Notes under the pieces: model-generated
Seen by the model: the letters and a program-made list of their open reading frames with translations, nothing else
What the model was told of the DNA's origin: nothing
Database searches by the model: none
From: Candidatus Bathyarchaeota archaeon
Lineage (GTDB): Archaea > Thermoproteota > Bathyarchaeia > Bathyarchaeales > WUQV01
Reading direction: 5' to 3'
DNA length: 64,000 bases
Assembly (NCBI GenBank): GCA_021158125.1
Contig: JAGGVF010000005.1
Coordinates: 2,566-66,565, forward strand
Made by a program: the position numbers and the translations under genes
Part shown: positions 61,892-64,000 of the stretch, piece after piece
Layout of the letters: every line of letters begins with the position of its first letter
Numbering within the stretch: position 1 is the first letter of the stretch

Positions 61892-64000
61892 TTAACTGGC
61901 TACGAATCCCGCTACTACCGCTTGACCAAAACTTGTTCCCCCATCACCTGCTGGAACAAACTTGTGGAAGACAAAGTTTAACCCGTTTTCCTCAACGATT
62001 CTTTGAATAGTAGCTGTTATTTGCTCATTGCAAGCTACCCCGCCTGAAAAACCAACGTTTTTGACGCCTAACTCTTCTGCTTTCTCCACTGCCAATTCAG
62101 CTAAGCTTTTCGCAACGCACTCTTGAGCCGAAAAAGCTAAATCTACGACTCTAAACTTTCCAAGGGCTTCAAAAACAGCATTAACCAGCTCCGTTGTTTT
62201 TACTATGTTTCCTCTTATTTCTGGCTTTAATTCTAAAACGTCTTTTCCGCCCATTGCTGCGGATTCAAGCTTCATGGCGGGCTCTCCTTCATAGGTTCTC
62301 TCATAGCAGACTCCAAGAATGGCTGAAATTGCGTCGAGAACTCTTCCGCAACTGGAAGTTTCAAGTTTAACTCCTTTTTCAAGCTGTTTTAGGATAAGTT
62401 CTGCCTCTGTCTTTCCATGGGGCAGAAAATTGCTTTTCGAAAGAAACCATTCGCTTATATCTGTTATTTTATGAAGTATTCCAGCGGCCATTCTGAGCGG
62501 ATAGTAAGTCGCCAAGTCTCCGCCTGGCATTGGCTGCTCTTCTAAATGGCCAATTCGCTTGTAGCTTTCACGGTTACAGTAGAGGATTTCTCCTCCCCAT
62601 GCTTCTCCTTTAGGTCCGTATCCGTATCCGTCGCATGCTATTCCAACTATCTCATCTAGGTTGTGTTCAGCCATTAAAGCGGCTACATGTGCGTGATGAT
62701 GCTGAACCCTTATAACCGGGCAGTTAAATTCTTCAGCCAGCTTGTATGCAAGTCTTGTTGTATTAAATTTTGGATGCAAATCACATGCGACTACTTCTAT
62801 TTTGCTGTTCGTAAGTCTAATCAAATGCCTAGTTGCTTCTTCTAGAAAATTTAAAGTTTCAATGTTTTCGACATCGCCTATATGCTGAGAGAGAAAAGCT
62901 TTATCTCCGTTAAGTATGCATGAGACAACGTTTAGTTCCCCTCCTAAACCTAAAACACATTTTTTAGAGAAAAACTTTAAATGGAGTGGTGCCGGCGCGT
63001 AACCTCTAGACCTTCTGATTAGGCAAATATGTTCATTTTTATGAACTCTCGCAACCGAGTCGTCGCACCTATGGGCAATACGCCTGTTGTGGAAGAGGAA
63101 GTAATCAACAATTTTACCAAGCCTTTTTAGTGCTTCAGCATTATCCTTAACTATTGGCTGGTTCGGCGGATTCGCACTAGTCATCACAAATGCGGGTTCA
63201 TCAACTTCATCAAAGAGCATGTAATGCATAGCTGAATATGGAAGCATAACACCCACATTGTGAAGGCCAGGCGCAATCGAATCCGACAGGTAGTAATCTT
63301 CGCTTTTACGAAGCAAAACAATCGGTCTAACATAGGAAGTTAGCAGTTCAGCCTCCTTAGGGCCTACCACTGCAAAAGTTTTCACAGTTTCTAAATTTCT
63401 AGCCATTATCGCAAAGGGCTTTTGGCGTCTATGCTTAACCCTACGCAAACGTTGAATAGGCTCGGAAATAGTAGTTGCGGTTGCTACATGGAAACCTCCA
63501 TACCCTTTAATGGCTACTATGCAGCCTTCAGCCAGCAATCGGCCAGCTTCCCGAATTGGATCTTTAACCTCAATTTCTTCACCCTTACTGTCTGTCAGGT
63601 AGGCTTTTGGACCACAAGTTGGGCATGCCACTGTTTGGGCGTGAAAACGACGATTAGCTGGGTCTTCATATTCTCTTTGACAGAAACTGCACATCGGAAA
63701 GTCTCGCATGGTTGTATTCGGCCTGTCGTATGGTAGCTGCTCAATAACTGTGAATCTTGGGCCGCAGTCCGTGCAAGTTATGAAGAAATAATCGTAGCGC
63801 TTGTCTCTAGGGTCACGAAGCTCCTTAAGACATTCATCACAGATTGCGATATCGGGAGGAATAACAGAGCCCGAAAGCTCGCGGCTTTCAGAACTTCTTA
63901 AAATTTTGAATTCTTTGAATTCTCCTTTTTCCTCTGAAAAGTTTACGATTAAGTCATGAATCTTGGCGAGAGGCGGCTTTTTAACCTTTAAATCTTCTAT
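61892..64000 (-). CDS. hypF: Carbamoyltransferase HypF (5' end beyond the window)
   Basis: The frame is open to the window edge (…CDECLKELRDPRDKRYDYFFITCTDCGPRF…MCSFCQREYEDPANRRFHAQTVACPTCGP zinc fingers). YrdC-like and Kae1-like C-terminal domains. The ORF track only starts at an internal Met (63709). Confidence 0.9.
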   Translation of the reverse strand: MEDLKVKKPPLAKIHDLIVNFSEEKGEFKEFKILRSSESRELSGSVIPPDIAICDECLKELRDPRDKRYDYFFITCTDCGPRFTVIEQLPYDRPNTTMRDFPMCSFCQREYEDPANRRFHAQTVACPTCGPKAYLTDSKGEEIEVKDPIREAGRLLAEGCIVAIKGYGGFHVATATTISEPIQRLRRVKHRRQKPFAIMARNLETVKTFAVVGPKEAELLTSYVRPIVLLRKSEDYYLSDSIAPGLHNVGVMLPYSAMHYMLFDEVDEPAFVMTSANPPNQPIVKDNAEALKRLGKIVDYFLFHNRRIAHRCDDSVARVHKNEHICLIRRSRGYAPAPLHLKFFSKKCVLGLGGELNVVSCILNGDKAFLSQHIGDVENIETLNFLEEATRHLIRLTNSKIEVVACDLHPKFNTTRLAYKLAEEFNCPVIRVQHHHAHVAALMAEHNLDEIVGIACDGYGYGPKGEAWGGEILYCNRESYKRIGHLEEQPMPGGDLATYYPLRMAAGILHKITDISEWFLSKSNFLPHGKTEAELILKQLEKGVKLETSSCGRVLDAISAILGVCYERTYEGEPAMKLESAAMGGKDVLELKPEIRGNIVKTTELVNAVFEALGKFRVVDLAFSAQECVAKSLAELAVEKAEELGVKNVGFSGGVACNEQITATIQRIVEENGLNFVFHKFVPAGDGGTSFGQAVVAGFVAS

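Noticed and set aside
1-64000. CRISPR arrays, rRNA genes, IS elements with terminal inverted repeats
   Set aside because: No regularly spaced direct repeats, rRNA-like conserved stretches or transposase ORFs were seen on either strand. Only one tRNA gene was recognised.

Overview
This is an archaeal chromosomal segment. Informational genes include an unsplit rpoB, a single-ORF rpoA, rpl30e, nusA, RNase P Pop5/Rpp30, eL13, eL15 and tRNA-Pro. Energy and maturation genes include an HdrA-MvhD fusion, a polyferredoxin, and hypE/D/A/C/F with an Mrp-type HypB. The gene set looks like a TACK/Thermoproteota-type anaerobe, but the lineage cannot be fixed without database searches. Two mobile regions stand out. 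(1) A ~4.1-kb element is integrated in tRNA-Pro(GGG) (9165-13278). It is bounded by a 41-bp direct repeat, and its SSV-type integrase gene is split by the integration into Int(N) and Int(C) halves that rejoin in frame in silico. (2) A ~19.8-kb HK97-type head-tail cluster (37050-56800) carries TerL, portal, protease-scaffold, decoration protein, MCP, connectors, tube, a chaperone with an intact -1 slippery site, a very short tape measure, hub and fibre. It has no recognisable integrase, replication module or att repeats, so it is a candidate domesticated, GTA-like particle locus. It also embeds an ABC-ATPase-GNAT fusion and an exported ComEC-type MBL protein. Other oddities are extreme strand-skewed composition in 1-1541, a neighbouring cohesin/dockerin-like gene pair, and a frameshifted GNAT gene. 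All functional calls come from motif and architecture recognition by eye; no homology search or computation was possible.
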